64,000 nucleotides of DNA. It comes from Methanotrichaceae archaeon (GTDB taxonomy: Archaea > Halobacteriota > Methanosarcinia > Methanotrichales > Methanotrichaceae). A model generated the notes under the pieces. It ran no database searches, was not told the DNA's origin, and worked only from the letters and a program-made list of their open reading frames with translations. Positions 1 to 10,448 of this stretch are shown piece by piece (the first letter of the stretch is position 1; every line of letters begins with the position of its first letter). A program made the translations under genes and the position numbers. Where the stretch lies: contig CAWDLW010000012.1 of the NCBI GenBank assembly GCA_963803145.1, forward strand, positions 1 to 64,000, given 5' to 3'.

Positions 1-49
1 CGGCCCGATACTGGAGCACATGCTTCTTGCAGCTGGCAGGACGTTTTAG
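1..49 (+). CDS. kdpA: 3' end of potassium-transporting ATPase subunit KdpA (copy 1, partial)
   Basis: Frame 2 reads GPILEHMLLAAGRTF*, matching the C-terminus of the second KdpA (GPILEHLYMIMGKTF). It is followed by GAGGAGG and kdpB. Confidence 0.85.
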   Translation, partial: GPILEHMLLAAGRTF

Positions 50-61
50 AGGAGGCAAATA

Positions 62-2098
62 ATGCACGTTAACACATCTAACCTCTGGCAGTCCGACCTG
101 ATGAAACAGGCGATCAAGGATTCAATCCCCAAGCTTGATCCCCGCACTTTGTGGCGCAACCCCGTGATGTTCGCAGTAGAGATGGGCGCAGCCCTGACTA
201 CTATAATAACGGTACGCGACATAATCGCTAGCGGGAATTTCGGATTTGATGTCCAGATCAGCATCTGGCTCTGGTTCACCATACTGTTTGCCAACTTCGC
301 CGAGGCCCTGGCGGAAGGGCGCGGCCGAGCCCAGGCAGAGAATTTGCGTCAGGCCCGGAGCGAGGCTATAGCCAACAGGCTGCTGAATGACGGCAGAACA
401 GAGCAGGTATCAGCGCTGGAGCTACGCAAGGGCGATCTCGCCCTGGTCAAGGATGGCGAGATAATACCCAGTGACGGAGAAATCGCAAACGGAGTCGCTC
501 TGGTGGATGAATCAGCCATAACAGGCGAGTCAGCTCCAGTAGTCCGTGAAGCCGGAGGCGATCGATGCGGCGTTACCGGCGGGGCCCGGGTCTTATCCGG
601 GCAGATCAAGGTTAACATCACGGCAGATCCGGGCGAAACCTTCCTGGATAAGATGATAGGGATGGTCGAAAGTGCAAAGCGCCAGAAGACTCCAAATGAG
701 AAGGCCCTGGAGATAATGCTCATCGGATTGACCGGCCTCTTCATCGTTGTTGTCATCAGCTTAGAGGCCTTTGCGGGATACATGGGTCTGCTTGTTTCAG
801 TGCCGGTGCTCATGGCGCTGCTGGTATGTCTTATGCCCACGACCATTGGCGGCCTGCTGCCGGCCATAGGCATCGCCGGAATGGACAGGCTGCTTTCACA
901 TAACGTCATAGCAATGAGCGGAAGAGCAGTAGAGGCATCAGGCGATGTGGATGTCGTTCTGATGGACAAGACCGGCACCATCACACTTGGCAACAGAATG
1001 GCAACGGAGTTCATTCCGGCCGCGGGCGTGGCCAGGGAGGAGCTGGCAGTCAACGCAATGCTCTCTTCCCTGGCGGATGAGACCCCCGAGGGCCGAAGTA
1101 TAGTTGATCTCTCCAAGTCGCTGCTGAGCATCCGGGGAAGGGATATCCGACCCGCTGAAGGTTCGACCTTCATCCCCTTTACCGCAGAGACCCGCATGAG
1201 CGGAATAGACATGGACGGACGAGAGATCAGAAAAGGAGCCCACGATTCCATCGAAGAACATGTGAAATCCAAAGGCGGCAAGATGCCAGAAGATATCAGG
1301 GTTGCTGTGGACAGCATAGCAAAGGATGGAGGCACGCCTCTGGTAGTCTCTGACGGCATCAGAGTCCTGGGTGCCATCAGGTTGAAGGATGTGCTCAAGG
1401 AGAACATCAAGGAGCGCATCTCTCGCCTTCGCACGGTAGGCATACGCTCGGTCATGATCACAGGTGACAACCCGACAACGGCCGCAGCCATTGCCGCCGA
1501 GGCTGGCATTGATGACTTCATCGGCCAGGCTCGCCCGGAGGCCAAGCTGGAGGCCATTCGAAAATATCAGCAGGAAGGGCATCTGGTGGCCATGATTGGT
1601 GATGGAACCAACGATGCACCAGCCCTCGCCCAGGCCGACGTAGCAGTGGCCATGAATGCGGGCACTCAAGCGGCCAGGGAGGCGGCCAACATGGTGGATC
1701 TCGACTCCAACCCGGCCAAGCTTCTCGATATTGTGGAGATCGGCAAACAGATCCTGATCACCAGAGGAGCGCTGACCACCTTTTCCGTGGCCAATGATGT
1801 CTCCAAGTACTTCGCCATCCTGCCTGCGATATTTGCAACCGCGTATCCATCGCTGAACGTTCTGAACATCATGCAGCTGGCTACGCCCACCAGTGCAGTT
1901 CTGTCGGCGATAATATTCAACGCTATCATAATACCGATGCTCATCCCTCTGGCTTTGAGGGGCGTCAGATATCAACCAACATCAGTGACAGCCCTACTTA
2001 CACGTAACCTATTGATCTACGGGCTAGGCGGTCTGATTGTGCCCTTCGTAGGAATCAAGATGATCGATATGCTAGTAGTATTGTTACACCTGGAGTGA
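62..2098 (+). CDS. kdpB: K+-transporting P-type ATPase subunit B (copy 1)
   Basis: TGES, DKTGT phosphorylation site, [17 protein letters not shown] and ANDVSKYF motifs; 678 aa. Confidence 0.97.
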   Translation: MHVNTSNLWQSDLMKQAIKDSIPKLDPRTLWRNPVMFAVEMGAALTTIITVRDIIASGNFGFDVQISIWLWFTILFANFAEALAEGRGRAQAENLRQARSEAIANRLLNDGRTEQVSALELRKGDLALVKDGEIIPSDGEIANGVALVDESAITGESAPVVREAGGDRCGVTGGARVLSGQIKVNITADPGETFLDKMIGMVESAKRQKTPNEKALEIMLIGLTGLFIVVVISLEAFAGYMGLLVSVPVLMALLVCLMPTTIGGLLPAIGIAGMDRLLSHNVIAMSGRAVEASGDVDVVLMDKTGTITLGNRMATEFIPAAGVAREELAVNAMLSSLADETPEGRSIVDLSKSLLSIRGRDIRPAEGSTFIPFTAETRMSGIDMDGREIRKGAHDSIEEHVKSKGGKMPEDIRVAVDSIAKDGGTPLVVSDGIRVLGAIRLKDVLKENIKERISRLRTVGIRSVMITGDNPTTAAAIAAEAGIDDFIGQARPEAKLEAIRKYQQEGHLVAMIGDGTNDAPALAQADVAVAMNAGTQAAREAANMVDLDSNPAKLLDIVEIGKQILITRGALTTFSVANDVSKYFAILPAIFATAYPSLNVLNIMQLATPTSAVLSAIIFNAIIIPMLIPLALRGVRYQPTSVTALLTRNLLIYGLGGLIVPFVGIKMIDMLVVLLHLE

Positions 2099-2694
2099 GG
2101 AAGATGCAAGAGATTATCAGAGAGCTAAAACCGGCAGTGCTGCTGTTCATAACTTTATCGGTGCTTACCGGGCTGGCCTATCCATTGTTCGTAACAGGAA
2201 TAGTCCAGGTCGCAATGCCAGACAAAGCCAGCGGAAGTCTGCTGTACGTGAACGGCACTGTTGTGGGCTCAGAACTCATCGGACAGAACTTCACAAGTCC
2301 AGGCTATTTCCACGGCCGGCCCTCGGCTGTAGGCTACGCCGGCAACAACTCGGGTGCCAGCAACTATGGGCCAACTAGTACCAAGCTAATGGAGCAAGTG
2401 CGCCAAAGGGTCGAACAGGTCAGACGCGAGAACGGGCTATTACCCAATGCATCTGTACCGGCTGATCTGGTTCTGGCCTCGGGAAGCGGCCTGGACCCGC
2501 ACATCAGTTTGGAAGGAGCAATGATCCAGGTTCAGCGCGTGGCCAGGGTGCGAGGGTTGCCGGAGTCAGAGGTAAAGGCTCTGGTCGATCAGCACACAGA
2601 GTATCCTCAGTTCGGATTCCTGGGGCAGACAAGGATCAACGTGCTCAAGCTCAACATAGCCCTGGATGAATCAGCGAGGAAGAGGCAACGATAG
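2095..2694 (+). CDS. kdpC: K+-transporting ATPase subunit C (copy 1)
   Basis: N-terminal TM helix, [39 protein letters not shown]. Confidence 0.96.
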   Translation: MRKMQEIIRELKPAVLLFITLSVLTGLAYPLFVTGIVQVAMPDKASGSLLYVNGTVVGSELIGQNFTSPGYFHGRPSAVGYAGNNSGASNYGPTSTKLMEQVRQRVEQVRRENGLLPNASVPADLVLASGSGLDPHISLEGAMIQVQRVARVRGLPESEVKALVDQHTEYPQFGFLGQTRINVLKLNIALDESARKRQR

Positions 2695-3264
2695 GGGAGC
2701 GCTGCTCCGTCTCCTCCGTTAACTTTTCTCGGATTTAGATTGTTTGAACCGATGGATGTGGAAGTTGATGGCTAAAATAAATCAGAAAGATTTCAAATGC
2801 CCGATTTGTGGCAAGACTTTCTTCACGAGGATATTTCTTGATGAACACAACAAGATTATGCATAAAAATCAGGATCTCGAACGGAAGCCAAGTGGACAGC
2901 ACTGAAATTCGGGTAATAAGGATTCTGGAACAATCCATAATTAAAAGGATCCAAAGTGGTTTCATAAAATCTCATAAAGACCTTTATATATCAGTTCCGT
3001 GTTTAGTGTTGTCCTCGTGGAGAATGGCAGGAGGGAAAAACTTCCATTCGCGATATCTCCAAGAAGGCTTGAAAGATGAGAATAAGTTCAGGCTCGATCA
3101 AAGGTGATCTGGCTGTGATCTCTAACTTGCTGGCGTCAGTAGTTGCAGTAGCTACTACTAGTTGTATCAGCATAAGAGATACCTTTGTATCGACCTGCAG
3201 ATGTCTTTTAATTCCAAGCACTTTTGTCTCGGGCCAACGTACCCGATAAACTCTAAAATTATTT

Positions 3265-3291
3265 ATTATAGTCAAGTCCATTGACTATAAT
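3265..3291. promoter_or_regulatory. Palindromic operator candidate overlapping a TATA-like box upstream of the second kdp operon
   Basis: Perfect 11-bp inverted repeat ATTATAGTCAA-gtcca-TTGACTATAAT, ending 55 bp before the kdpA ATG at 3347. Confidence 0.55.
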
Positions 3292-3346
3292 GGAGAATTA
3301 ACAAAAATTATCTCTTTAAGATTAAATTATCTACGAGGCAATAAAA

Positions 3347-5045
3347 ATGCTGATCGAATTGGCGCATGTTTCAATAATAGTAGCCTGTCTGGCAATATCA
3401 GTATTCTACGGCAGGTATATGGCGAAGGTATTCAAGGGAAAAGAATATCCTTTCGCCAATAATTCGTCCAATAGAACGTGGAATCTATTGGATTTGCGGC
3501 ATAGACGAAAAGAGAGAGATGTCCTGGAAGACCTATCTTTCACTGTATTTTGTCTTCGAGGCTGTAAGCATCGTATTCGGATATACGGTTCTGGTGCTGC
3601 AAGATAAGCTGCCGCTTAATCCTCAGGGCTATGGTCCTTTCAGGTGGGATACGGCCCTGAATATGATCGTTTCCTTTTCAACCAACACCGAATGGCAGGC
3701 TTACTCAGGCGAGCACGAAATGAGCTACATGTCGCAGATCCTTGCATTGACCGTTCAGGATTTCTGGGGTCCAGCGATAGGACTCGTCTGCGCCATCGTC
3801 TTATTCCGGGGCTTTGCCAGAAAGAACTTCGGGACGATAGGCAACCTCTGGGTCGATTTAACCAGATGCGTCTTTTATATCATTCTGCCTCTGGTCCTTG
3901 TGTTTGCTTTCTTCATGGCGTCTCAGGGAACGATACAGAACCTGACACCCTATGTCACAGCTCACACCCTTGAAGGGGCTGTTCAGCTCATACCCGGTGG
4001 ACCGGCAGCATCAGTGACCTCTCTGCAGATAATATGCGAGGACGGCGGCGGCTTCTTCAACGTTAACGACGTGCATCCATTCACCACTCCCACCGGCCTA
4101 GACTACTGGCTTCAGTTGGGCATCATACTTCTGATCCCATCAACGCTGATCTTTTGCTTTGGAGAGTTCATAAATAACCGCAAGATCGCCTGGGCGATAT
4201 TTGCAGCAGCGGTTGCGCTTTATCTAGTAAGCACGCCCTTCTACCTCTATCCTGAGTTCCAGGGCAACCCGATACTCGAGAAGCTGGGCGTGGCCGGAGG
4301 CCTGAACATGGAGGGCAAGGAGGTACGCTTCACATTATTCGAGGACATGATCTGGACACTCACATCCATGTGTCCTGCAAACGGCTCAACCCTGACTCAA
4401 CATGACAGCTTATTGCCTTTAACCATTATGGGAATAATCTGGAACATAGTTGTTGGAGCGCCGATCTTCGGGTGCTGGGGAACCGGCATCATAACCCTGA
4501 TCTACTACTTCATCTTGGCCATGTTCCTTGGCGGCCTCATGACCGGAAGGTCACCGGAGATGGCTGGAAAGAAGCTTGATCCATGGGAGACTATTCTGGC
4601 GTCAGCCTCCTTGCTGTCATCATCATTGCCTACATTGATATTAACAGGAATTGCCATTGTTTTGCCGATGGGTCTAGCTGGCCTGAACAACTATGGTCCG
4701 CACGGTTTCATGGAGATTTTCTACACCTATGCAGCCGAAGCCGTTAATAACGGCTCGCCCATGGCTGGCCTTACCGCTAATACACCATTCTACAACCTGA
4801 CCCTCATAATCGCAATGGCCATTGGGAGGTACTCCACCGATATCACTGCTATAGCCATTGCAGGATTCCTGGCGAGGAAGAAGATAGTGCCTACGACCAT
4901 TGCAACTCTGCCGGTAGCCAGCCCCTTCTTCATACTAATGGTGGTTGGCACTGTCATAGTAGTAAACGCCCTGCAGTTCTTCCCGTTCATGATGCTTGGG
5001 CCGATTCTTGAGCACCTGTATATGATCATGGGGAAGACGTTCTAG
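3347..5045 (+). pseudogene. kdpA: KdpA (copy 2), divergent, split by a +1 frameshift near 3436-3442 (pseudogene or sequencing error)
   Basis: The N-terminus MLIE...GRYMAKVFKG continues in the +1 frame as KNILSPIIRPIERGIYWICGIDEKREMSWK into ORF 3519..5045. That ORF carries QDKLPLNP, NMEGKEVRF and GPILEH motifs. Confidence 0.9.
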
Positions 5046-5059
5046 AGGAGGATCAAAAA

Positions 5060-7099
5060 ATGCCCACTAAGACGACATTGAATATCTGGCAACCAGATAT
5101 AATGCGACGGGCGCTGAAGGACTCTTTCCTGAAGCTCGATCCTCGCACTCTATACCGAAACCCTGTGATGCTCATGGTGGAAGCGATTTCAATCCTGACC
5201 ACCGTGATTGCAATAAACGATCTGTCCACCGGCGGAGACTTCAAGCTTCACATACAGATCGTTATCTGGCTCTGGTTCACCGTGCTGTTCTCAACCTTCT
5301 CCGAGTCTCTGGCAGAAGGTCGAGGCCGCGCCCAGGCTGAGAGCCTTCGCCAGGCACGAAGCGAGGCTGTGGCAAGCAAGCTTCTTGCTGATGGCAGTAT
5401 AGAACACATATCTGCTCTGAGTCTCCGAAAGGGCGACATAGTCATTGTGAAGGACGGCGAGACCATACCGAGCGATGGAGAGGTCATCCACGGAGTCGCC
5501 CTTGTGAACGAGTCGGCCATAACCGGCGAGTCTGCTCCTGTGGTTCGTGAGCCGGGCGGCAGCCTGTCCGGCATTACGGGCGGAACCCGAGTAATATCAG
5601 GGGAAATTAATGCCCGCATCACAGCAGACCCTGGCGAGACTTTCCTGGATCAGATGATCGGGATGGTAGAGAGCGCCAAGCGTCAGATGACACCTAACGA
5701 GAAAGCCCTACAGATACTGCTTGTAGGTATGTCTGTGATGTTCATAGTGGTGGTAATAACTCTGGTGCCCGTCGCCAGCTACACAGGCGTAACCCTCGCA
5801 GTACCTGTGCTAGTTGCACTGCTGGTCTGCCTCATGCCGACGACCATCGGCGGCCTACTGCCAGCCATAGGCATAGCAGGCATGGAGAGGCTTCTTGCCC
5901 ACAACGTCGTTGCTCTGAGCGGCAAAGCCGTGGAGGCTTCGGGAAACGTGGACGTTGTCCTGATGGACAAGACCGGCACAATAACCCTGGGCAACAGAAT
6001 GGCCACCGAGTTTATTCCAGCCGAGGGGGTTACCAGAGAAGAGCTGGCGGTGTCGGCCATGCTTTCATCCCTGGCGGACGAAACCCCTGAGGGCAGAAGC
6101 ATAGTTGATCTCTCCAAACAGGTTCTGGGCATCAGGGGAAGAGACATTCGACCCTCTGAAGGCTCGACCTTCATACCATTCAGCGCCGATACCCGTATGA
6201 GCGGGATAGACATGGAGGGCAAGGAGATCAGAAAGGGAGCCAACGATGCTATTGAAGAATTTGTTATATCGAGATCGGGCAGCGTCCCAGCCAGCATCAG
6301 AACTGCTGTGGACGACATAGCCAAGCAAGGCGGCACTCCTCTTCTCGTTGTGGAGGGCTCAAGGGTGCTTGGAGCTGTTCGGCTAAAGGACGTGCTGAAA
6401 GAGGGCATAAAAGAAAAGTTATCCAACTTACGAAAGGAAGGCATACGTTCAGTCATGATCACTGGCGACAACCCTATGACTGCTGCAGCCATCGCTGCAG
6501 AGGCCGGCATTGACGACTTCATCGGCCAGGCCAAGCCCGAGGCCAAGCTTGAGGCTATTAGAAAGTACCAGAAGGAAGGTCACATGGTTGCCATGATCGG
6601 GGACGGCACAAACGATGCGCCAGCGCTAGCACAGGCTGATGTGGCAGTGGCCATGAACGCAGGCACCGAGGCTGCCAGGGAAGCGGCCAACATGGTAGAT
6701 CTGGACTCCAACCCGGCCAAGCTCTTGGATATAGTGGAGATCGGCAAGCAGATCCTGATCACCCGCGGAGCCCTCACCACCTTTTCCGTGGCAAATGACG
6801 TAGCCAAGTACTTCACCATCCTGCCGGCCATGTTTATGGCCCAGTTGCCAATGCTTGGCGTATTGAACATTATGCAGTTGCATTCGCCCAACAGCGCCAT
6901 CCTGGCTGCGATAATGTTCAACGCCATCGTCATACCCCTGCTCATTCCATTGTCGTTGAGGGGCGTTAAGTACACGGCAAGCTCAGGGGAAGACCTGCTG
7001 CGTAGAAATCTGCTGATTTATGGAGTTGGCGGGCTGCTTGTGCCTTTCATCGGCATCAAGCTGATCGATATACTAGTAGTCCTACTGCACCTGGAGTGA
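5060..7099 (+). CDS. kdpB: K+-transporting P-type ATPase subunit B (copy 2)
   Basis: TGES, DKTGT, GDGTND, ANDVAKYF; clear paralog of 62..2098. Confidence 0.97.
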   Translation: MPTKTTLNIWQPDIMRRALKDSFLKLDPRTLYRNPVMLMVEAISILTTVIAINDLSTGGDFKLHIQIVIWLWFTVLFSTFSESLAEGRGRAQAESLRQARSEAVASKLLADGSIEHISALSLRKGDIVIVKDGETIPSDGEVIHGVALVNESAITGESAPVVREPGGSLSGITGGTRVISGEINARITADPGETFLDQMIGMVESAKRQMTPNEKALQILLVGMSVMFIVVVITLVPVASYTGVTLAVPVLVALLVCLMPTTIGGLLPAIGIAGMERLLAHNVVALSGKAVEASGNVDVVLMDKTGTITLGNRMATEFIPAEGVTREELAVSAMLSSLADETPEGRSIVDLSKQVLGIRGRDIRPSEGSTFIPFSADTRMSGIDMEGKEIRKGANDAIEEFVISRSGSVPASIRTAVDDIAKQGGTPLLVVEGSRVLGAVRLKDVLKEGIKEKLSNLRKEGIRSVMITGDNPMTAAAIAAEAGIDDFIGQAKPEAKLEAIRKYQKEGHMVAMIGDGTNDAPALAQADVAVAMNAGTEAAREAANMVDLDSNPAKLLDIVEIGKQILITRGALTTFSVANDVAKYFTILPAMFMAQLPMLGVLNIMQLHSPNSAILAAIMFNAIVIPLLIPLSLRGVKYTASSGEDLLRRNLLIYGVGGLLVPFIGIKLIDILVVLLHLE

Positions 7100-7103
7100 G
7101 AAA

Positions 7104-7697
7104 ATGGACAAGAAGCAGTTTGTAAAAGATCTAAGGTCGTGTATAACGCTGTTTGCAGTAGTCGTCGTCCTTAGTTTGGTCTATACATTATTCATAACCT
7201 GGGGGACGCAAACCCTAATGCCATACCAGGCCAACGGAAGCCTGCTTTATGTGAATGGCACTATTGTAGGCTCAGAGCTGATAGGACAGAACTTCAGTAG
7301 CCCTGGCTACTTCCACAGTCGCCCATCGGCCGTTGACTATAATGCCAGCAACTCTGGCGGCAGCAACTACGGTGCTACGAGTGCAGCTCTGATGGATCAG
7401 GTGACGCAGAGGATCGCAAAGGTAAGAAGCGAGAATAACCTGTCGCCGAATGCATCTGTGCCGGCTGATATGGTGCTGGCCTCAGGCAGCGGCCTGGACC
7501 CACATATCAGCCCAGAGAACGCTATGCTTCAGGTGCAGCGCGTGGCCAAAGCGAGAGGGCTGTCGGAATCTGATGTACGGGCATTGGTTGATCAGTATAT
7601 CGAGGGCCCGCAGTTCGGCTTCCTAGGATCTGATAGAGTGAATGCGCTCAAGCTCAACATTGCGCTGGATGATCTGGCAAGGAGAAGCAAGCATTGA
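7104..7697 (+). CDS. kdpC: K+-transporting ATPase subunit C (copy 2)
   Basis: [28 protein letters not shown]. Confidence 0.96.
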   Translation: MDKKQFVKDLRSCITLFAVVVVLSLVYTLFITWGTQTLMPYQANGSLLYVNGTIVGSELIGQNFSSPGYFHSRPSAVDYNASNSGGSNYGATSAALMDQVTQRIAKVRSENNLSPNASVPADMVLASGSGLDPHISPENAMLQVQRVAKARGLSESDVRALVDQYIEGPQFGFLGSDRVNALKLNIALDDLARRSKH

Positions 7698-9688
7698 CTG
7701 AAAAGTGCCGACCGGATCCAGATGCGCTGCTGCGAAGAGTCCAGCATATAGAGCAGGAAGAGCAGGAGGCCAGCAGCAGCCGTGGCCACCTCAAAATATT
7801 TCTGGGCGCAGCAGCAGGCGTCGGCAAAACTTATCAGATGCTTGAAGAGGCTCAATCGCTGAAAGAAGCCTGCATCGATGTTGTTGTAGCCATAGTTGAG
7901 ACTCATGGACGGCCTGAGACCGAGGCTCTGCTGAAGGATTTCGAGGTAATTCCTCGCCACAATATCGATCTCGGCGGAGTGATCATCGGCGAGATGGACC
8001 TGGATGCAGTTCTCGCACGCCATCCTACGATAGCGTTGGTAGACGAGCTGGCACACACAAATACTGCCGGACTGCGGCATACCAAAAGATATCAGGATGT
8101 TGAGGAGCTTCTCGATGCAGGCATCAGCGTCTACACATCTCTGAACATCCAGCATATTGAGAGCCTGAATGATATCGTCTATCAGATTACGGGTGTTCGT
8201 GTCAGTGAGACCCTGCCTGACAAAGTACTGGAGCTCGCAGATGAGATCGAAGTTGTAGATCTGCCGCCTGAAGAGCTGATTCAAAGATTTAAGGAAGGCA
8301 AGGTGTATGTTCCAGCCCAGGCAGAGCTTGCCATGCGCCGCTTTTTCAGGAAAGGCAATCTTCTCGGCTTGAGGGAGTTGGCGCTGAGATATGCTGCCCG
8401 TAAGGTTGACGAGGATATGCGCTCCTATATGGAGATGCAAGGTATCCTGGGACCCTGGCCAGCAGGATCTACATTGATGGTGTGCATCAGCACCAGCCCA
8501 TTATCTGAGAGATTGGTGAGAATAGGCCAGCGAATGGCTGCAGACCTGGATGCCGAATGGTTCGCAGTCTATGTCGAGTCTCCTCAGGAAAGACCTCCAT
8601 CTGAGGCTGCCCGTGACCAGCTGGCTCGAAACATTATGCTTGCAGAGGAGCTGGGTGCCAAAATTGAGATCCTGAGTGGTCGTAAAATCTGGGACGAGAT
8701 AATATCCTTTGCAAGAGAGCACAACGTGACTCTCATGATCGTCGGCCTGCCGCGCCAAAGCTTCTGGAACCGATGGTTCAGAGGGTCTGTCGTAAATGAA
8801 GTCATCAGCAGAAGCGGCCAAGTTCACGTTCTTGTTATAGGTGGCACTGAGACTGAAGCAATGGAGCAAATGACTCCAGTACCTGAGGGCGCTATGAACT
8901 GGAGGCCATTTTATGGCAGCATTATCAGCCTGGCTGTTACAGTCGGCGTTTGCTGGCTTCTCTATGACTGGCTAGGCTTAATCAACGTTGCCATGATAAT
9001 GCTTCTGCCTGTAGTATACAGCGCCATGACTTGGGGGATGCGCGCAGGGGTATCTGTGTCCATATTAGCAGTTGGAGCAATGTATTTTCTATTCCTGGCG
9101 CCTCAGTTTTCCCTGACAGTCGAGCATCTTCGCTATCTGCCTCTATTATTTGTTTTCATCGTTGTGGGGGCGGTAACAAGCTTTCTGGCTGATCTAGTCA
9201 GATGGCGGGGAGAAAGTGCCAGCAGAAGGGAGCGGTTTGTTTCTTCCCTCTATGCATTCAGCCGGGACCTTATGGATACCAACGATTTGGATATCCTACT
9301 TCGCTTTGGCGCCAAAGAAATAGCTGAGGCATTTGAATGCAAAGTGCTGATACTGCTGCCTGATGGATCCGGCAATCTTCAGCTGCGAGAGAAAATTGGC
9401 GAAGATGTGTCCTTTGATGAGCGAAAACTCGGCGTGGCTACATGGGTTTTCCAACACGGAAAGGAGGCGGGAAGGGGCACTGATACTCTATCCTCCGCAT
9501 CATTTTTCTATCTGCCTCTTAAAACTGGTGAAACTACTATTGGAGTGTTAGGCATAGGAAACGGCAAATCGGATAACTTTCTGTTGCCGGAGCAGAGAAG
9601 GCTGCTGGAGGCATTCGCCAACATACTGGCTTTAGCTTTATCACGGCTTGGGGCCGGTCTTGGAAAAGGTATTAGCCAAAAGCAGTGA
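7694..9688 (+). CDS. kdpD: KdpD-like sensor (KdpD N-domain, USP, 4-TM, GAF) lacking the histidine kinase module
   Basis: RPDPDALL, Walker A GAAAGVGKT, VDELAHTN, USP region, four TM helices and a GAF ending LLEAFANILALAL; no H-box or N/G boxes. Confidence 0.9.
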   Translation: MTEKCRPDPDALLRRVQHIEQEEQEASSSRGHLKIFLGAAAGVGKTYQMLEEAQSLKEACIDVVVAIVETHGRPETEALLKDFEVIPRHNIDLGGVIIGEMDLDAVLARHPTIALVDELAHTNTAGLRHTKRYQDVEELLDAGISVYTSLNIQHIESLNDIVYQITGVRVSETLPDKVLELADEIEVVDLPPEELIQRFKEGKVYVPAQAELAMRRFFRKGNLLGLRELALRYAARKVDEDMRSYMEMQGILGPWPAGSTLMVCISTSPLSERLVRIGQRMAADLDAEWFAVYVESPQERPPSEAARDQLARNIMLAEELGAKIEILSGRKIWDEIISFAREHNVTLMIVGLPRQSFWNRWFRGSVVNEVISRSGQVHVLVIGGTETEAMEQMTPVPEGAMNWRPFYGSIISLAVTVGVCWLLYDWLGLINVAMIMLLPVVYSAMTWGMRAGVSVSILAVGAMYFLFLAPQFSLTVEHLRYLPLLFVFIVVGAVTSFLADLVRWRGESASRRERFVSSLYAFSRDLMDTNDLDILLRFGAKEIAEAFECKVLILLPDGSGNLQLREKIGEDVSFDERKLGVATWVFQHGKEAGRGTDTLSSASFFYLPLKTGETTIGVLGIGNGKSDNFLLPEQRRLLEAFANILALALSRLGAGLGKGISQKQ

Positions 9689-9718
9689 GCTGTAGCTATA
9701 ATTCTCGTTATCCAGAGC

Positions 9719-10444
9719 TTAAAGGAGCTCTGAGAGGACGCTTCTTCTTGGGCCCTCTTTTTCCTTCAGCATGAACCTATGCCGAAGCTTGCCATTGATC
9801 TTAGCGCGCGTGTAGATCAGAGATCTGTCCCTTTCCCTTTCCTCAGCCATTTTCTTAATCAGGTTCTCAAGATCCTCACGCTCGTCTTCAGAAAGCTCAA
9901 CAATCGCCTCCTGTCCGGAACTCCAGTCGAATAAATGTGCTAAGTTCACTGTCTTGATGTGCTTCCACACGCCTTTGGACTGATCCTCTTCAGTCAAAAG
10001 GTCGCAAGCGTATTCTACTGGGCCTTTGAAGTTACTGCAATGTTCATCAGGTCTACAATAGCCTAGATTTGCGAGTCCCAGTTTCGGATAACCCTTGCTG
10101 TCGCTTTTCATGGTATCGCACCTTGGACAGTGCAATCTTCCAAACCATTCCTCGAAGATTTTTTCAGGAACGCCGTTTTTCAACGCTGCCTTTTCCCAGA
10201 GCAACTTTGCATCGTCCTTGCTCCATCCGGCCTGTCCAAGGAAGCTCGCGAGGATAGCTGATGCCCTGTGCCTCCCTGATCCATTCGTTACATATTTGAG
10301 GATATTTTTTATGCATGGAGGAAACTCGTCCTGTGGAACAGGATCTGTTGCTACCCAGAGCGTTATATCTTTTTGTTCGATCCTCAATACTGAAAGTGGA
10401 ATCTCTTCGCCCTCTGAGGGCATATGGTTTAATTTTGAGCTCAT
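9719..10444 (-). CDS. Protein resembling the Fe-S C-terminal domain of DNA primase large subunit (PriL-like)
   Basis: FPPCIKNIL, GRHR..LASFL, CPRC and YCRPDEHC..PVEY pattern. Start moved to the ATG at 10444 behind GAGGAGG, which removes the overlap with marker 14. Confidence 0.6.
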   Translation of the reverse strand: MSSKLNHMPSEGEEIPLSVLRIEQKDITLWVATDPVPQDEFPPCIKNILKYVTNGSGRHRASAILASFLGQAGWSKDDAKLLWEKAALKNGVPEKIFEEWFGRLHCPRCDTMKSDSKGYPKLGLANLGYCRPDEHCSNFKGPVEYACDLLTEEDQSKGVWKHIKTVNLAHLFDWSSGQEAIVELSEDEREDLENLIKKMAEERERDRSLIYTRAKINGKLRHRFMLKEKEGPRRSVLSELL

Positions 10445-10448
10445 ATCC

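Noticed and set aside
2735-3281. Short ORFs between the kdp operons, possible kdpF
   Set aside because: No convincing single-TM ~30-aa peptide with a ribosome-binding site; the translations look non-coding.
3436-3442. G-GGA-AAA slippery heptamer at the kdpA2 break, suggesting programmed -1 frameshifting
   Set aside because: The downstream KdpA ORF is in the +1 frame (3519-3347=172), so a -1 slip would not reach it.
349-6975. Long antisense ORFs (402, 345 and 255 aa) opposite kdpB
   Set aside because: Shadow ORFs of conserved coding sequence with no recognisable motifs.
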